DNA of 64,000 nucleotides from Chloroflexota bacterium. GTDB lineage: Bacteria; Chloroflexota; Dormibacteria; Aeolococcales; Aeolococcaceae. A program made the translations under genes and the position numbers. Below are positions 1 to 9,338 of this stretch, in pieces. The notes beneath the pieces are model-generated. The model was given only the letters and a program-made list of their open reading frames with translations, was not told where the DNA came from and did not search any database. The number at the start of each line of letters is the position of its first letter. The stretch's first letter is position 1. Where the stretch lies: the NCBI GenBank assembly GCA_005880985.1, contig VBIQ01000024.1, forward strand, positions 6,429 through 70,428, in the 5' to 3' direction.

Positions 1-143
1 ACCTCGCGGTGCAGCACCCAGGGCCGCGCCCAGGTGAAGACGAGGGACTGGCAGGCCTCGCAAAACGTCCGTTCAGCCTGCCGGCGCTGCGCCTGGCGAT
101 CGACGAAGCGGTAGACGGCGCAATCCCATGAGGGCTTGGACAT
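1..143 (-). CDS. hypothetical protein, 5' part only (runs off window edge)
   Basis: Minus strand GGAGG RBS then ATG at 143; open frame MSKPSWDCAVYRFVDRQAQRRQAERTFCEACQSLVFTWARPWVLHRE to the edge. Confidence 0.5.
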   Translation of the reverse strand, partial: MSKPSWDCAVYRFVDRQAQRRQAERTFCEACQSLVFTWARPWVLHRE

Positions 144-284
144 CGGACGTCCTCCGCATCGCCGCACCGCTCACGGCGAGCGTGTCAGCGTGCATTGATA
201 GAAACGTCGCTGGCAGCCCGCAACCTGCGCGCTTGGGAAAGGGGGTGTTTCCTGCGTATCGGGGTCGACCCGACCGCGGTCAGG

Positions 285-593
285 TCAGAGGGAGCAGGAC
301 TGCTCCATCAGGGCGGGGAGCTTGCCGGCCCACTGACCGGCGGGGATCACCTGGTGCCCGGCTCCAACGTGGACCGGCTCGTCGAGCACCCCGATGGCAC
401 CCGTAACGGGATCGAAGCAGTGGGCGAAGCGCACCCTGCCACCGACCCGGACCGCGTGCAGCGTGACCAGCAGCTGCCGCATCATCCCCGCGACCTCCTC
501 GCCCGCCATCCTGCCCCAACATGCGCCCGGCGCCGCGCGGCGGCAAGGTCGAAACCGGTAAAGAATTCGACCCAGTTGCATAGACCTCACCAT
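285..593 (-). CDS. hypothetical protein downstream of tadC
   Basis: ATG overlaps the tadC 3' end (ATGGTGA); C-terminal part of ORF 285..947; no recognisable motif. Confidence 0.35.
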   Translation of the reverse strand: MVRSMQLGRILYRFRPCRRAAPGACWGRMAGEEVAGMMRQLLVTLHAVRVGGRVRFAHCFDPVTGAIGVLDEPVHVGAGHQVIPAGQWAGKLPALMEQSCSL

Positions 594-1528
594 GGCCCGC
601 CGCCGGCCAGCAGACCGCCGACTAGGAGGACGGCGAGGGCCAGCAGACAGCTGGGGGCGATGAGCAGCGCGGTGACCAATGCCGCCATCGGTGCCCGGGT
701 CGCGGAGCGCTCCTGAAGGGCCACCTCTCGCTGCAGGCGGGCGTCGTCGGCGAGACGCCGGAGCGGGACGGGCAGCTCCAGCCCGAGGGCGTGATGGCGG
801 CGGAGCAGCGCGGCGATGGCGGTGAGCTGGGGGACGCCGCCGGCGGTCGCCTCGGCCTCGAATGCCTGCGCCGGCGGGCTGCCGACGCGGACGCGCGCCG
901 CGACGCGCGCCAGCGAGCCATCGAGAGCGCCCCCGTGCCCGGCGCATCGCGATACCGCCGCCTCCAGCGGCAGCCCCGCCTCCAGCGCCGCCGCGAGCAG
1001 GTCGAGGCAGGCGGGGAGCGCGGCCGCAACCCGGCTGCGCTGCCGCCGCGCGCGGTGGGCGAGGAGCAGGTCGGGTAGCATCGCGGCCACCGCAGCGACG
1101 CCGCAGCCGGCGATCGCGCCCGCGACGCCACCGGACGCGGCGGCGAGCACCGCGGCGATCGCGCCCGCCCCGAGGGCCACTACGCGTGCGCCTGCCAGCA
1201 GCTCCATCCCGTCGCCGCTCCGGGTCGCCGATATGACCCCGTTGACGATCAACGTGGTGCGAAGCAGGGATGGAATCAGGTGGTCAGGCGGGGTGCGCCG
1301 CAGCCATGGGACGGTGGATGTCCGCTGGCCGATGACCGCAACCGTTCGGAGCGCACATCGACGGAGCCGGTGCGCGTGGTGCTGCCACCGCGAGCCGGAT
1401 CGCATCCACGGTGCCGGAGTCTCCCCGTCGTCGGTGGCGTGGTTCGCCGGCAGGGCGGCGAGCATCAGCAGCCGGACCCCGGCCACGGCGACCACCACCC
1501 GCAGGCCGGTGACCGCGACCGCCGTCAC
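587..1528 (-). CDS. tadC: TadC-like type II secretion system F family membrane protein
   Basis: LPACLDLLAAALEAGLPLEAAV motif, C-terminal TM helix, follows tadB with GTGA overlap. Confidence 0.8.
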   Translation of the reverse strand: MTAVAVTGLRVVVAVAGVRLLMLAALPANHATDDGETPAPWMRSGSRWQHHAHRLRRCALRTVAVIGQRTSTVPWLRRTPPDHLIPSLLRTTLIVNGVISATRSGDGMELLAGARVVALGAGAIAAVLAAASGGVAGAIAGCGVAAVAAMLPDLLLAHRARRQRSRVAAALPACLDLLAAALEAGLPLEAAVSRCAGHGGALDGSLARVAARVRVGSPPAQAFEAEATAGGVPQLTAIAALLRRHHALGLELPVPLRRLADDARLQREVALQERSATRAPMAALVTALLIAPSCLLALAVLLVGGLLAGGGPW

Positions 1529-2460
1529 CGGTGGTCGGTGACGGTCAGGCGCCGCACGATGAGCACTCCGATGGTCGCAACCAGAGCGCAGGCGGCGAGC
1601 AGCGTCGAACCCAGCGGGGTGAGCGCCGCCTGGAGCGTGGTGGGGGAGGAGGTCACCAGCGCAATCGCGACCAGCGCCGCCAGCGCGGGGACCGCGGCCG
1701 CGACCAGTCGCGCCTCGGCCATGCGGGCGCGCGCGCTGTCGGTGGCCTGCTGCTCGTCCTCCAGCGCGGTGGCCAACCGCCGCAGCGCCTGGCCGGTGCC
1801 AACGCCGGCCTCGGCCGCGATCGCGTAGGTCACGGCCAGGCGGTCGAGACCGTTCCCGCTCTGGGGACCGCGCCGTTCACCGTGGTCGGCAACCACCGAC
1901 GCGATCGCGTTGGCGAAGGCGAATCCTGCCGCCTCGCCGAGCGCGATGCGCGCCACGCCAATCGAGAGGATCTGCTGGGCCAGCGGATCCTCCCTGGCGA
2001 CGCCGTTGCCCACCGCGCCGGCGAGCGCGACCGCCGCGCCGCATCCGCCGGCAATCTCGGCGGCGATGGCTCGCGCCACCACCAGCGCAGCGCGCTCGAG
2101 GGCGTCGGCGCCACGACGCCGTCGCAGCCGGAGCAGCAGCCGGCCTCCGACTCGAACCAGCGACAGCGCCCCACCGGCCGCGGCGACGGCCGACCCGGTG
2201 ATCACCAGGATGGCGGCGGCGACCGGCAGGCTGGCGAGCAACTGGGCGCGCCGCCATCGACTCGGCGACAGCGAGATGCCCGCGCAGCGCAATCGCAGGG
2301 CGAGCCGCCGCGTGCGCGGCCGGCGGTCGTAGGCGGCGGCCGCGCGCCGGCTCGCCACCGCCGCTCGGCGAAACCCGGCGGTCCAGGGAACGCCGTCGAC
2401 CAGCGCGGTCAGCAGCAGGGCGCCCGCGAGCGCTCGGGCCAGCGGCTGCCATGTGCTCAC
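1525..2460 (-). CDS. tadB: TadB-like type II secretion system F family membrane protein
   Basis: GTG at 2460 overlapping cpaF stop; AEARLVAAAVPALA...LTPLG TadB-like C-terminus with TM helices. Confidence 0.7.
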   Translation of the reverse strand: MSTWQPLARALAGALLLTALVDGVPWTAGFRRAAVASRRAAAAYDRRPRTRRLALRLRCAGISLSPSRWRRAQLLASLPVAAAILVITGSAVAAAGGALSLVRVGGRLLLRLRRRRGADALERAALVVARAIAAEIAGGCGAAVALAGAVGNGVAREDPLAQQILSIGVARIALGEAAGFAFANAIASVVADHGERRGPQSGNGLDRLAVTYAIAAEAGVGTGQALRRLATALEDEQQATDSARARMAEARLVAAAVPALAALVAIALVTSSPTTLQAALTPLGSTLLAACALVATIGVLIVRRLTVTDHR

Positions 2461-3713
2461 CGAGACTCTTCGGCCGTCGCGAACAGCCCGGGAGGGAAGT
2501 AGACGCCCCGACCGGCCATGCGCTCGAGCACTCGCCGCGGTACGTCGCCGCAGGGCCGAAAGCACGCCCCGCCGTCTTCCACTGTGCGCCGGAAGAGGGG
2601 TGTGATGATCGGTTGATGGTCGGCGGTCGTGTCCAGCGCCGCCACCACCGCCACCGCACGGTCGCCGGCGCTGCTTCGCTCGCAATGCACCAGCAGGTCG
2701 AGCGCCGACAGAACCGGGGTGCGGAGCGCGTGCGCGGGCTGCGCCGGCCATGCCTGCAGGAGCAGGTCGTCGAGCCGCGCCAGTGCGTCGGCGGGACCGT
2801 TGGCGTGAAGGGTGGTCATCGAACCGGCGTGGCCGGTGTTCATCGCGGTGACCATGTCGGCCGCCTCCGGCCCGCGAACCTCTCCGATCACGAGGCGGTC
2901 GGGTCGCATCCGCAGGCTGTTGCGCACCAGGTGACGGAGGGTGACCTCGGCGGTGCCCCCGGGACGCGGTGGCCGGCACTCCTGCCGCACCAGGTGGGCA
3001 TGGTCGATGGCCAGCTCGGCGACGTCCTCGAGGACGATGATCCGCTCGCCGCCAGGCACCAGCGCGCACAGTGCCGCGAGCAGGGTGGTCTTGCCGGTGC
3101 CGGCGCCACCACTGATGAGCAGGTTGCATCGCCCCAGCACCGCGGCGTGCAGGAAGGCCGCCATCTCCGCGCTGAGCGCCTGCGACTCCACCAGCGAGCC
3201 CAGATCGAGACGGCGGCAGGCGGGACGCCGGATGGTCAGCACCGGGCCGTCGACGGCGATGGGCGGCAGCACCGCGTTGAGCCTGCTGCCGTCGGGAAGT
3301 CGCGCGTCCACCATCGGCGCACCGTCGTCGAGACGGCGGCCCGAGGCGAGAAGGAGACGTTCGATCACGGCGCGCACCTGGGCGCTGTCCTGGAAACGCA
3401 CGCCGGTCCGCTGGAGCCGTCCGTCGATCTCGACGAAGACGGCATCGGGGCCGTTGACCATGACCTCGGTGATCGACGCGTCGGTGAGCACCTCCTGGAG
3501 CGGTCCGTATCCGGTGAGCTCGTCGACCATCAACCGCAGCAGACGGTCACGCGGAGGACCCGCGGCGACGCCGTCGGCGCTCAGCCAGCTCTCGACCAGG
3601 ACGGTCACCGCCAGTGGTCGCTGTTCGTCGCCAAGCGGTCCCAACTCACCGTCGAGACCGACCAATCGCTCGCGATACCTCGGGAGCAGGGTGGAGAGAT
3701 CGTCGGCGGTCAC
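2457..3713 (-). CDS. cpaF: CpaF/TadA pilus assembly ATPase
   Basis: Walker [17 protein letters not shown] Asp box, [15 protein letters not shown] Walker [16 protein letters not shown] His box. Confidence 0.95.
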   Translation of the reverse strand: MTADDLSTLLPRYRERLVGLDGELGPLGDEQRPLAVTVLVESWLSADGVAAGPPRDRLLRLMVDELTGYGPLQEVLTDASITEVMVNGPDAVFVEIDGRLQRTGVRFQDSAQVRAVIERLLLASGRRLDDGAPMVDARLPDGSRLNAVLPPIAVDGPVLTIRRPACRRLDLGSLVESQALSAEMAAFLHAAVLGRCNLLISGGAGTGKTTLLAALCALVPGGERIIVLEDVAELAIDHAHLVRQECRPPRPGGTAEVTLRHLVRNSLRMRPDRLVIGEVRGPEAADMVTAMNTGHAGSMTTLHANGPADALARLDDLLLQAWPAQPAHALRTPVLSALDLLVHCERSSAGDRAVAVVAALDTTADHQPIITPLFRRTVEDGGACFRPCGDVPRRVLERMAGRGVYFPPGLFATAEESR

Positions 3714-4393
3714 GAGCCGCCGCCACTGGCTGGGGGGTGCTCGCTCTCGGGAAGCAGCAGGACGCGGAGCGACTTCGCCGTTCCCTCGGCCGCCATGATG
3801 CGCAGCGCGGCGTCCCGCTCGACCTCCAGCCAGACGGTGGCCGTGTCCGATGGGGCGGTCGGGGCGCCGCCACCGCCGGCACCCGTGCTCGTCGAGCCCG
3901 GTTCAGCGGGGATGACGGCAACGACACGACCGGTGGCAACGGTTCGCGCGGAGACCGCCGCTGTCGGTGCGCCAGGCTCGCCCGCGGCGTCGATCTCGAC
4001 GTCGACACCGGCGAAGACGAAGCTGCCCACGTCGCGGCGTGCGACGCCGAGGGAGATCAGCCGGTGACCGGTGGCCAGAGGCACCGCGGGTGCCAGGGCG
4101 GCGGTGGGGATGCCGGAATCGGCTGGTAGCGCCACCAGCAGACGCCGTCCCTCGACGGCGCGGACGTCGTGAGCGAAGCCGTCCAGCAGGGGAGAGGCCG
4201 GCTGCCGTTTGAGGGCGACGTCGTCGGCGGCCAGGCGACTCAACGCCGGCAACGCGCGGGTGCTGACAACGACGGCGACCTCGGTCCCGGAGACCGCATC
4301 CGGACGGCTGCCCCCGCCGGCGGCGACCAGCAGCAGAGCCGCGCCGCAGGCCCCGACCGCCAGCGTTCGAAGCAGGCGGCGGGAGATGCTCAT
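3710..4393 (-). CDS. cpaB: CpaB/RcpC-like SAF-domain Flp pilus assembly protein
   Basis: N-terminal hydrophobic anchor, VVVSTRALPALSRLAADDV SAF-like motif, directly upstream of cpaF. Confidence 0.7.
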   Translation of the reverse strand: MSISRRLLRTLAVGACGAALLLVAAGGGSRPDAVSGTEVAVVVSTRALPALSRLAADDVALKRQPASPLLDGFAHDVRAVEGRRLLVALPADSGIPTAALAPAVPLATGHRLISLGVARRDVGSFVFAGVDVEIDAAGEPGAPTAAVSARTVATGRVVAVIPAEPGSTSTGAGGGGAPTAPSDTATVWLEVERDAALRIMAAEGTAKSLRVLLLPESEHPPASGGGS

Positions 4394-4493
4394 GCCGAGG
4401 AGCGAGCTACCACAAATCCGGATAGTTACACAGATCAGTGGTGGTCGTCAAACGAAGCGGACCCGTAGCGGAGAGGTGGCGGAGGGCCCGGGG

Positions 4494-4499
4494 TAGAAT
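4494..4499 (+). promoter_or_regulatory. putative -10 box (TAGAAT) for tRNA-Leu
   Basis: TAGAAT ends 17 nt upstream of the tRNA 5' end in an otherwise GC-rich region. Confidence 0.45.
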
Positions 4500-4515
4500 T
4501 CGGCGCCTGCCGCTG

Positions 4516-4603
4516 GCCGAGGTGGTGGAATTAGGTAGACACGCTGCTTTGAGGGGGCAGTGAGCGCAAGCTCGTAGGGGTTCGAGTCCCCTCCTCGGCA
4601 CCA
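4516..4603 (+). tRNA. tRNA-Leu(GAG)
   Basis: GCCGAGG/CCTCGGC acceptor stem, CTGCT-TTGAGGG-GGCAG anticodon arm, long variable arm, GGTTCGAGTCC T-loop, encoded CCA. Confidence 0.97.
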
Positions 4604-4736
4604 TGCAGCCCGCGGCACCTGGTCGACATGGCGCCGGCATCGCTCCCGTGCTTGCTTCGAGACTCGGCGCCTCCAGATCGCTTCGCATTCCGAACCTGAG
4701 ATCCCGTGTCTTACCGATCATGCTACCATCAGTAGG

Positions 4737-4988
4737 ATGCCAAGAGTAAAAGTCAGCCTCTCGCTTGATCCTCTTCTGATTCGCGACGTCGACGCCTATG
4801 TCGAGATGCATGAAGACTCTGATCGCAGCAAGGTCGTGGACGAGGCGTTGCAACTCTGGTCGGCTGCGCAGCAACGCTCAGCGATGGAGCTCCAGTTTGC
4901 GGATGAAGGTGAGGCGGATCCGGCGGAGCTGGATGACTGGCGCAAGGTGCGTCGTGGGTCGGCACGTCGCCGTCTGGGTCGCATCTGA
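4737..4988 (+). CDS. ribbon-helix-helix antitoxin
   Basis: MPRVKVSLSLDPLLIRDVD...RSKVVDEALQLW CopG/RHH pattern, upstream of a MazF-like gene. Confidence 0.8.
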   Translation: MPRVKVSLSLDPLLIRDVDAYVEMHEDSDRSKVVDEALQLWSAAQQRSAMELQFADEGEADPAELDDWRKVRRGSARRRLGRI

Positions 4989-5362
4989 CTCGGCGAACCG
5001 CTCGGCGCGCGCTCCCTCGTCGGGGCGAGATCTGGTACGTCTACACGCCTGGCCAGCCCGATGATCCACACCAACCTCGGCCAGCGCTTGTCGTCTCGGA
5101 GAATGTTCGCAACACGATGCGCGACGACCTCATCGTGGTACCGATGTTCTCGCGCGGGCGGGCTGGGCCAACGCGCGTTTCCATTCCCGCAGGAACAGGC
5201 AGTGTTCCTGCGGACAGCATCGTCTTCTGCGAAGAGATCACCACCATCGACCGCGATTTCTTGGCGAGGGGCCCGATCGGACCGCCGCTCGATAGGCATC
5301 GCATGGACGAGATCGTCCGAGCGATACGCAGAGCCATCGGAGAAGTGGTGCCTGAGCCTTAG
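4985..5362 (+). CDS. mazF: PemK/MazF family endoribonuclease toxin (probable CTG start)
   Basis: PRRGEIWYV...QPRPALVVS..RN...LIVVP...CEEITTIDR signature; frame extends upstream of the ORF-track ATG (5117) to a CTG overlapping the antitoxin stop. Confidence 0.85.
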   Translation: MTRRTARRALPRRGEIWYVYTPGQPDDPHQPRPALVVSENVRNTMRDDLIVVPMFSRGRAGPTRVSIPAGTGSVPADSIVFCEEITTIDRDFLARGPIGPPLDRHRMDEIVRAIRRAIGEVVPEP

Positions 5363-5503
5363 CAGGGTGGGTGAAAGCAGAGCGCTCAAGCGAGCCAGTG
5401 TGAACCGTCCCGTGCAATCTCGGCATCCGTGGGAGGCAATCGTGAATCGGACGACGCGGCTGGCTGCCCGCTCCGCCCGACACCTCCACGGCGCGACGGC
5501 GTC

Positions 5504-6232
5504 GTGAATTGCGCGCCGGCGGATTCCAACGCCTTCGCGCGCCGACTGTTCTCGGGACTGCCGCGCCGCTACGACGCGCTCGCCGAGCTGTTGTCCTTCG
5601 GCCAGAACCGCCGCTGGCGCTCCGAGATGGTCGACCACGTGAGTGCGCAACCGGGAGGTGTCATCCTCGACGTCGCCACCGGCACCGCCGGTGTGGCCAT
5701 CCGCGTGGCGGAGCGGACGGGAGCCCGGGTGGTGGGGACCGATCTCACCGAGACCATGGTGCGTCAGGGCGCAATCAACCTACGGCGGCATCGGCTCACC
5801 GACCAGGTGCACCTGTTGGTCGGCCGTGCCGAGCAACTCCCCTTTGCCGACGGGACGTTCGATGCCCTGACCTTCACCTACCTGCTGCGCTACGTCGCCG
5901 ACCCGGCGGCGACCCTGCGCGAGATGGCGCGGGTCGTCAGGCCCGGCGGTACGGTCGCCAGCCTCGAGTTCATGGTGCCACCACGACGGGCGTGGCGCGC
6001 CCTGTGGTGGGTGTACACCAGGTTCGTGCTTCCCGCGGCCGGGCGCGTGTTCGGGCGGGAGTGGTATGAGGTCGGCCGCTTCCTCGGACCCAGTATCTCC
6101 GCGTTCTACCGTCGCCACCCGGTGCGCTCGGTCGTCGCCGCATGGCAGGACGCGGGGTTGACCAGGGTGGGGGTGCGCACCATGAGCCTCGGCGGTGGGC
6201 TCGTGATGTGGGGGCAGAAGGGTGACGACTGA
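5504..6232 (+). CDS. class I SAM-dependent methyltransferase (UbiE/MenG-like)
   Basis: YDALAELLSFGQNRRWR, ILDVATGTAGVA SAM motif, AEQLPFADGTFD; start uncertain (5429-5504). Confidence 0.85.
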   Translation: MNCAPADSNAFARRLFSGLPRRYDALAELLSFGQNRRWRSEMVDHVSAQPGGVILDVATGTAGVAIRVAERTGARVVGTDLTETMVRQGAINLRRHRLTDQVHLLVGRAEQLPFADGTFDALTFTYLLRYVADPAATLREMARVVRPGGTVASLEFMVPPRRAWRALWWVYTRFVLPAAGRVFGREWYEVGRFLGPSISAFYRRHPVRSVVAAWQDAGLTRVGVRTMSLGGGLVMWGQKGDD

Positions 6233-6959
6233 GGCGGGCATCCGGCCGGCCTGGTACGCCTCGCACCGCGGCGGGCTGTCGCAGTGGTGGACCGTCCTGC
6301 ACCCGCCGTACACGGTCTGGCACCTCTCTTACGTCGTGCTCGGGGCCTCCCTCGCCGCACAGCTCGACGTGATTCGGCTGCTGGCAACCCTGATCGCCTT
6401 CACCCTCGCTGTCGGAATCGCTGCCCACGCGCTCGACGAGCTGCACGGGCGTCCGCTTCATACGACCCTGCCCTCACCGGCGCTGCTGCTGGTGTCGCTC
6501 AGCGCTCTGGCGGGCGCCGTCACTCTCGGGTTCGTCGGCCTGAGCCGGATCGGACCGGCTCTGCTCGTCTTCATCGTTGTCGGAGTTGTCCTGGTGTTTG
6601 GCTACAACCTCGAGCTGCTCGGAGGCGTCCTCCACAATGCCAGCGGCTTCGCGCTCGCCTGGGGAGCCTTTCCCGTCCTCACCGGCTACTTCGCCCAAAC
6701 CGGTCGGTTGTCGCCGGCGTCGGGGCTCGCCGCCGCCGCGGCCTACGGTCTCTCCCTGGTCCAGCGGTCACTCAGCGTTCCCGCGCGGCGACTCCGACGC
6801 CGCGTCATCGGCGTCGGTGGTTCCCTCTCGCTGGATGACGGATCAGTGGAGTCCCTCGACCGCGCCAACCTGCTGGCACCGCTCGAGACGTCGTTGCAGA
6901 TCCTGTCATGGACCACAGTGGTCCTCGCTGCCGGGGTCGCCGCGAGCCACCTCGGCTGA
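6222..6959 (+). CDS. multi-pass membrane protein (possibly UbiA-like)
   Basis: Several TM segments, AHALDELHGRPL motif, overlaps the methyltransferase stop. Confidence 0.7.
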   Translation: MTTEAGIRPAWYASHRGGLSQWWTVLHPPYTVWHLSYVVLGASLAAQLDVIRLLATLIAFTLAVGIAAHALDELHGRPLHTTLPSPALLLVSLSALAGAVTLGFVGLSRIGPALLVFIVVGVVLVFGYNLELLGGVLHNASGFALAWGAFPVLTGYFAQTGRLSPASGLAAAAAYGLSLVQRSLSVPARRLRRRVIGVGGSLSLDDGSVESLDRANLLAPLETSLQILSWTTVVLAAGVAASHLG

Positions 6960-7015
6960 ACGCGTGGCTTGCTCGGCGAGAGGAGTGACGTCGGTGTCAA
7001 GCCCTCTGAGGCGGG

Positions 7016-7306
7016 TCAGCCCGCCTGGGCCCCCGCCTCTCGAAACTCGAGCCACATGAAGCCGGGCAGGGCGAGCCGAAGATGCCCTCCCCCCTGGACC
7101 AGGACCAACAGCACGCTCGCGCACGCGCTGCAGCGGAGGACCGCGCCGGGCGACTGGGGATACATATAGAGGTGCTGCGCGCCCACCTCGGCGACCGCGC
7201 CGCAGGAGGCACAGGCGCCCCGCGCGCTGGTCAGCTCGTGGACGAACACCTCCTGGAGGAGGCCGGCGGCCGCGTTGCCATCGAGCCGCAGCTGTGTCTC
7301 GTCCAT
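7016..7306 (-). CDS. DUF6510-like small Cys-motif protein
   Basis: LDGNAAAGLLQEVF, CASC and CSAC motifs; typical third gene of sulfite-oxidase-like/ferredoxin reductase operons. Confidence 0.75.
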   Translation of the reverse strand: MDETQLRLDGNAAAGLLQEVFVHELTSARGACASCGAVAEVGAQHLYMYPQSPGAVLRCSACASVLLVLVQGGGHLRLALPGFMWLEFREAGAQAG

Positions 7307-7313
7307 CGCCTTC

Positions 7314-8069
7314 TCAGCCTCCGGTGGGTCCAAATCTCTCGGTCTTGATCCGGCCCGGCTCGTGGCCGAGCTGCACGAGCGCCGTCGCCACCGACTCGAC
7401 CAGCGGCGTGGGGCCGCAGACGAAGACCAACGGGTGAAGATCGGGTGGCCAGGTGACCTCGGCGAGCATGTCCTGGTCGATGCGCCGGCGGTATCCCGGC
7501 CACTCCGGGGGCTGGACCCGGGTCAGCGTGTGAAACACCTCCAGGCCTTTCCCCGTCGCCATGAGCCGGTGGAGCTCATCGCGGTAGATCACGTCCTCGA
7601 GCGAACGTGACGAGTAGAGGAGTCGCGTCGGAACCGCACTGCCGCGGGCGGCGCGGTGGCGGAGCATGGCCATCAACGGGCAGATGCCCGAACCGCCGGC
7701 GATCAGCAGCAGCGGACCGCCCATGCCGACGTCCCAGACGAAGTAGCCTCCGATCGGTCCGCGGAGCTCCAGAGTGTCGCCCACGCGAAGCTCGCCGACC
7801 AGGTAGGGGGAGACCTCGCCGTCGTCGAGGCGCTCCACCGTCAGCGCCAGCCGCTCCGGGGTGTCGGGCGCGGAGGCGATCGAGTAGCTCCGCTGCGCCT
7901 GGTAGCCGTCGTCGGCGGTCAGCCGCACATCGACGTGCTGACCGGCCCGGTGCCCCGGCCAGCCGGCCACTCCCAAGACCACACTGCGGACTCGCGGGGT
8001 CTCGTCGATGAGCTCGGCGACCTCGCCGAGACGCCAGCTCAGTCGCCGCTGTACCGCTGCTCGCGCCAC
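7314..8069 (-). CDS. FAD/NAD-binding ferredoxin reductase-like oxidoreductase
   Basis: RSYSIAS, GEVSPYL, AGGSGICP, VFVCGP motifs; GTG start at 8069 inferred. Confidence 0.9.
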   Translation of the reverse strand: MARAAVQRRLSWRLGEVAELIDETPRVRSVVLGVAGWPGHRAGQHVDVRLTADDGYQAQRSYSIASAPDTPERLALTVERLDDGEVSPYLVGELRVGDTLELRGPIGGYFVWDVGMGGPLLLIAGGSGICPLMAMLRHRAARGSAVPTRLLYSSRSLEDVIYRDELHRLMATGKGLEVFHTLTRVQPPEWPGYRRRIDQDMLAEVTWPPDLHPLVFVCGPTPLVESVATALVQLGHEPGRIKTERFGPTGG

Positions 8070-8644
8070 GGATCGCCGTACATGTGGTAGCCGTAGGTCT
8101 CCCAGAAGCCGGGCGAATCGTCCTTCATCAGCTGCAGCCCACGCACCCATTTGGCGCTCTTCCAGAAATAGAGGTGGGGGACCAGCAGGCGGGCCGGCCC
8201 GCCATGCTCGGGCTCGAGCGGCTGCCCGTCGTAGGCGAAGGCGACCCACGCCTTGCCACCACTGAGATCCTCGAGCGGCAGGTTGGTGGTGTATCCACCA
8301 TCGCAGAACGCCATCACATAGTCCGCGGCGGTCTCCACGCCGGCGAGAAGCGTGTCCACCGACACCCCCTCCCACGTCGTGTCGAGCTTGGACCACTTCG
8401 TCACGCAGTGGATGTCGCGGGTGATCGTCTCGCTCGGCAGAGCGCGAAATTGTTCCCACGTCCAGCTCTTCGGCTCATCCACCTCGCCGGTGATCGAGAA
8501 CGTCCACTCGGCCAGCGGGGTACGCGGCGTGGGGCCCGCCGACAGCACCGGGAAGCCACGCACCAGGTACTGGCCCGGCGGGAGACGTCCCCGCGTGTCG
8601 GCGTCCCGCCGCCGTCCCTTGAAGCCACGAGAGAACACCGACAT
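8039..8644 (-). CDS. sulfite oxidase-like molybdopterin-dependent oxidoreductase
   Basis: RLPPGQY, DIHCVTKWS, HGGPARLLVPHLYFWKSAKW, GFWETYGYH. Confidence 0.92.
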   Translation of the reverse strand: MSVFSRGFKGRRRDADTRGRLPPGQYLVRGFPVLSAGPTPRTPLAEWTFSITGEVDEPKSWTWEQFRALPSETITRDIHCVTKWSKLDTTWEGVSVDTLLAGVETAADYVMAFCDGGYTTNLPLEDLSGGKAWVAFAYDGQPLEPEHGGPARLLVPHLYFWKSAKWVRGLQLMKDDSPGFWETYGYHMYGDPWREQRYSGD

Positions 8645-8777
8645 GCGAGCGCCTCACAGCCTGGCCGACGCCACGAGAAGAGTATGCGTCGTGGAAGCCC
8701 CCGGTTGAGGTCATTGGGCACTGCCTCCGCGACCTTCCGGTTTGCACGAGCACGCGGTCGGGCTTACCGTGTAGATC

Positions 8778-9329
8778 ATGGGAGCAGGGTCTGGTGCCGT
8801 CGATATGACCAGGCTGAGCGGGGCCAGGTCCGCGATGCTCGAATGGTGTCTCCAGGGCAGGCTCGAACTGGCCGAGAGCCTCCGCCAGTTGCCTCCGGAG
8901 CAGAGGGTCGAGATCCACGCGGTTGTTGATTATGTCGTCGCCTGTCTGCTCAGCGGTGTCGGGGCGGCACGCTACTGCGCGATCTGCGGTCACTACCGAC
9001 TGGATGCCCTGCGCGGACTGGAGATCCTCGGTGCTTCCGAGCGGCTCACCGATGATGAGCGAGGTCGCGTCAAGGAAACGACCGATCACGTCTCTCATCT
9101 GTATGCGGACGTCTTCGCCGTGAGCGGCGGAGACGCGGACGTTGCGATGCGCGTCCTGCGCACGCTCTGGCTTGTCTTCTTCGGCAATCGCGACGAGATC
9201 AAAGGTGCACCGAGCGCAGACCGCCATGCTCTGCTGGAGTCGCTTCAAGACCTTGACCGAGGGTTGCCGCACCTGCAGCCGCTCGATCGTCAGGAGCTGG
9301 CCAGGTTCATCGCCGCCTTGAGCGCATGA
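8778..9329 (+). CDS. hypothetical protein
   Basis: 183-aa ORF with protein-like composition in a slightly lower-GC stretch; no motif recognised. Confidence 0.55.
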   Translation: MGAGSGAVDMTRLSGARSAMLEWCLQGRLELAESLRQLPPEQRVEIHAVVDYVVACLLSGVGAARYCAICGHYRLDALRGLEILGASERLTDDERGRVKETTDHVSHLYADVFAVSGGDADVAMRVLRTLWLVFFGNRDEIKGAPSADRHALLESLQDLDRGLPHLQPLDRQELARFIAALSA

Positions 9330-9338
9330 CGGCGGACG

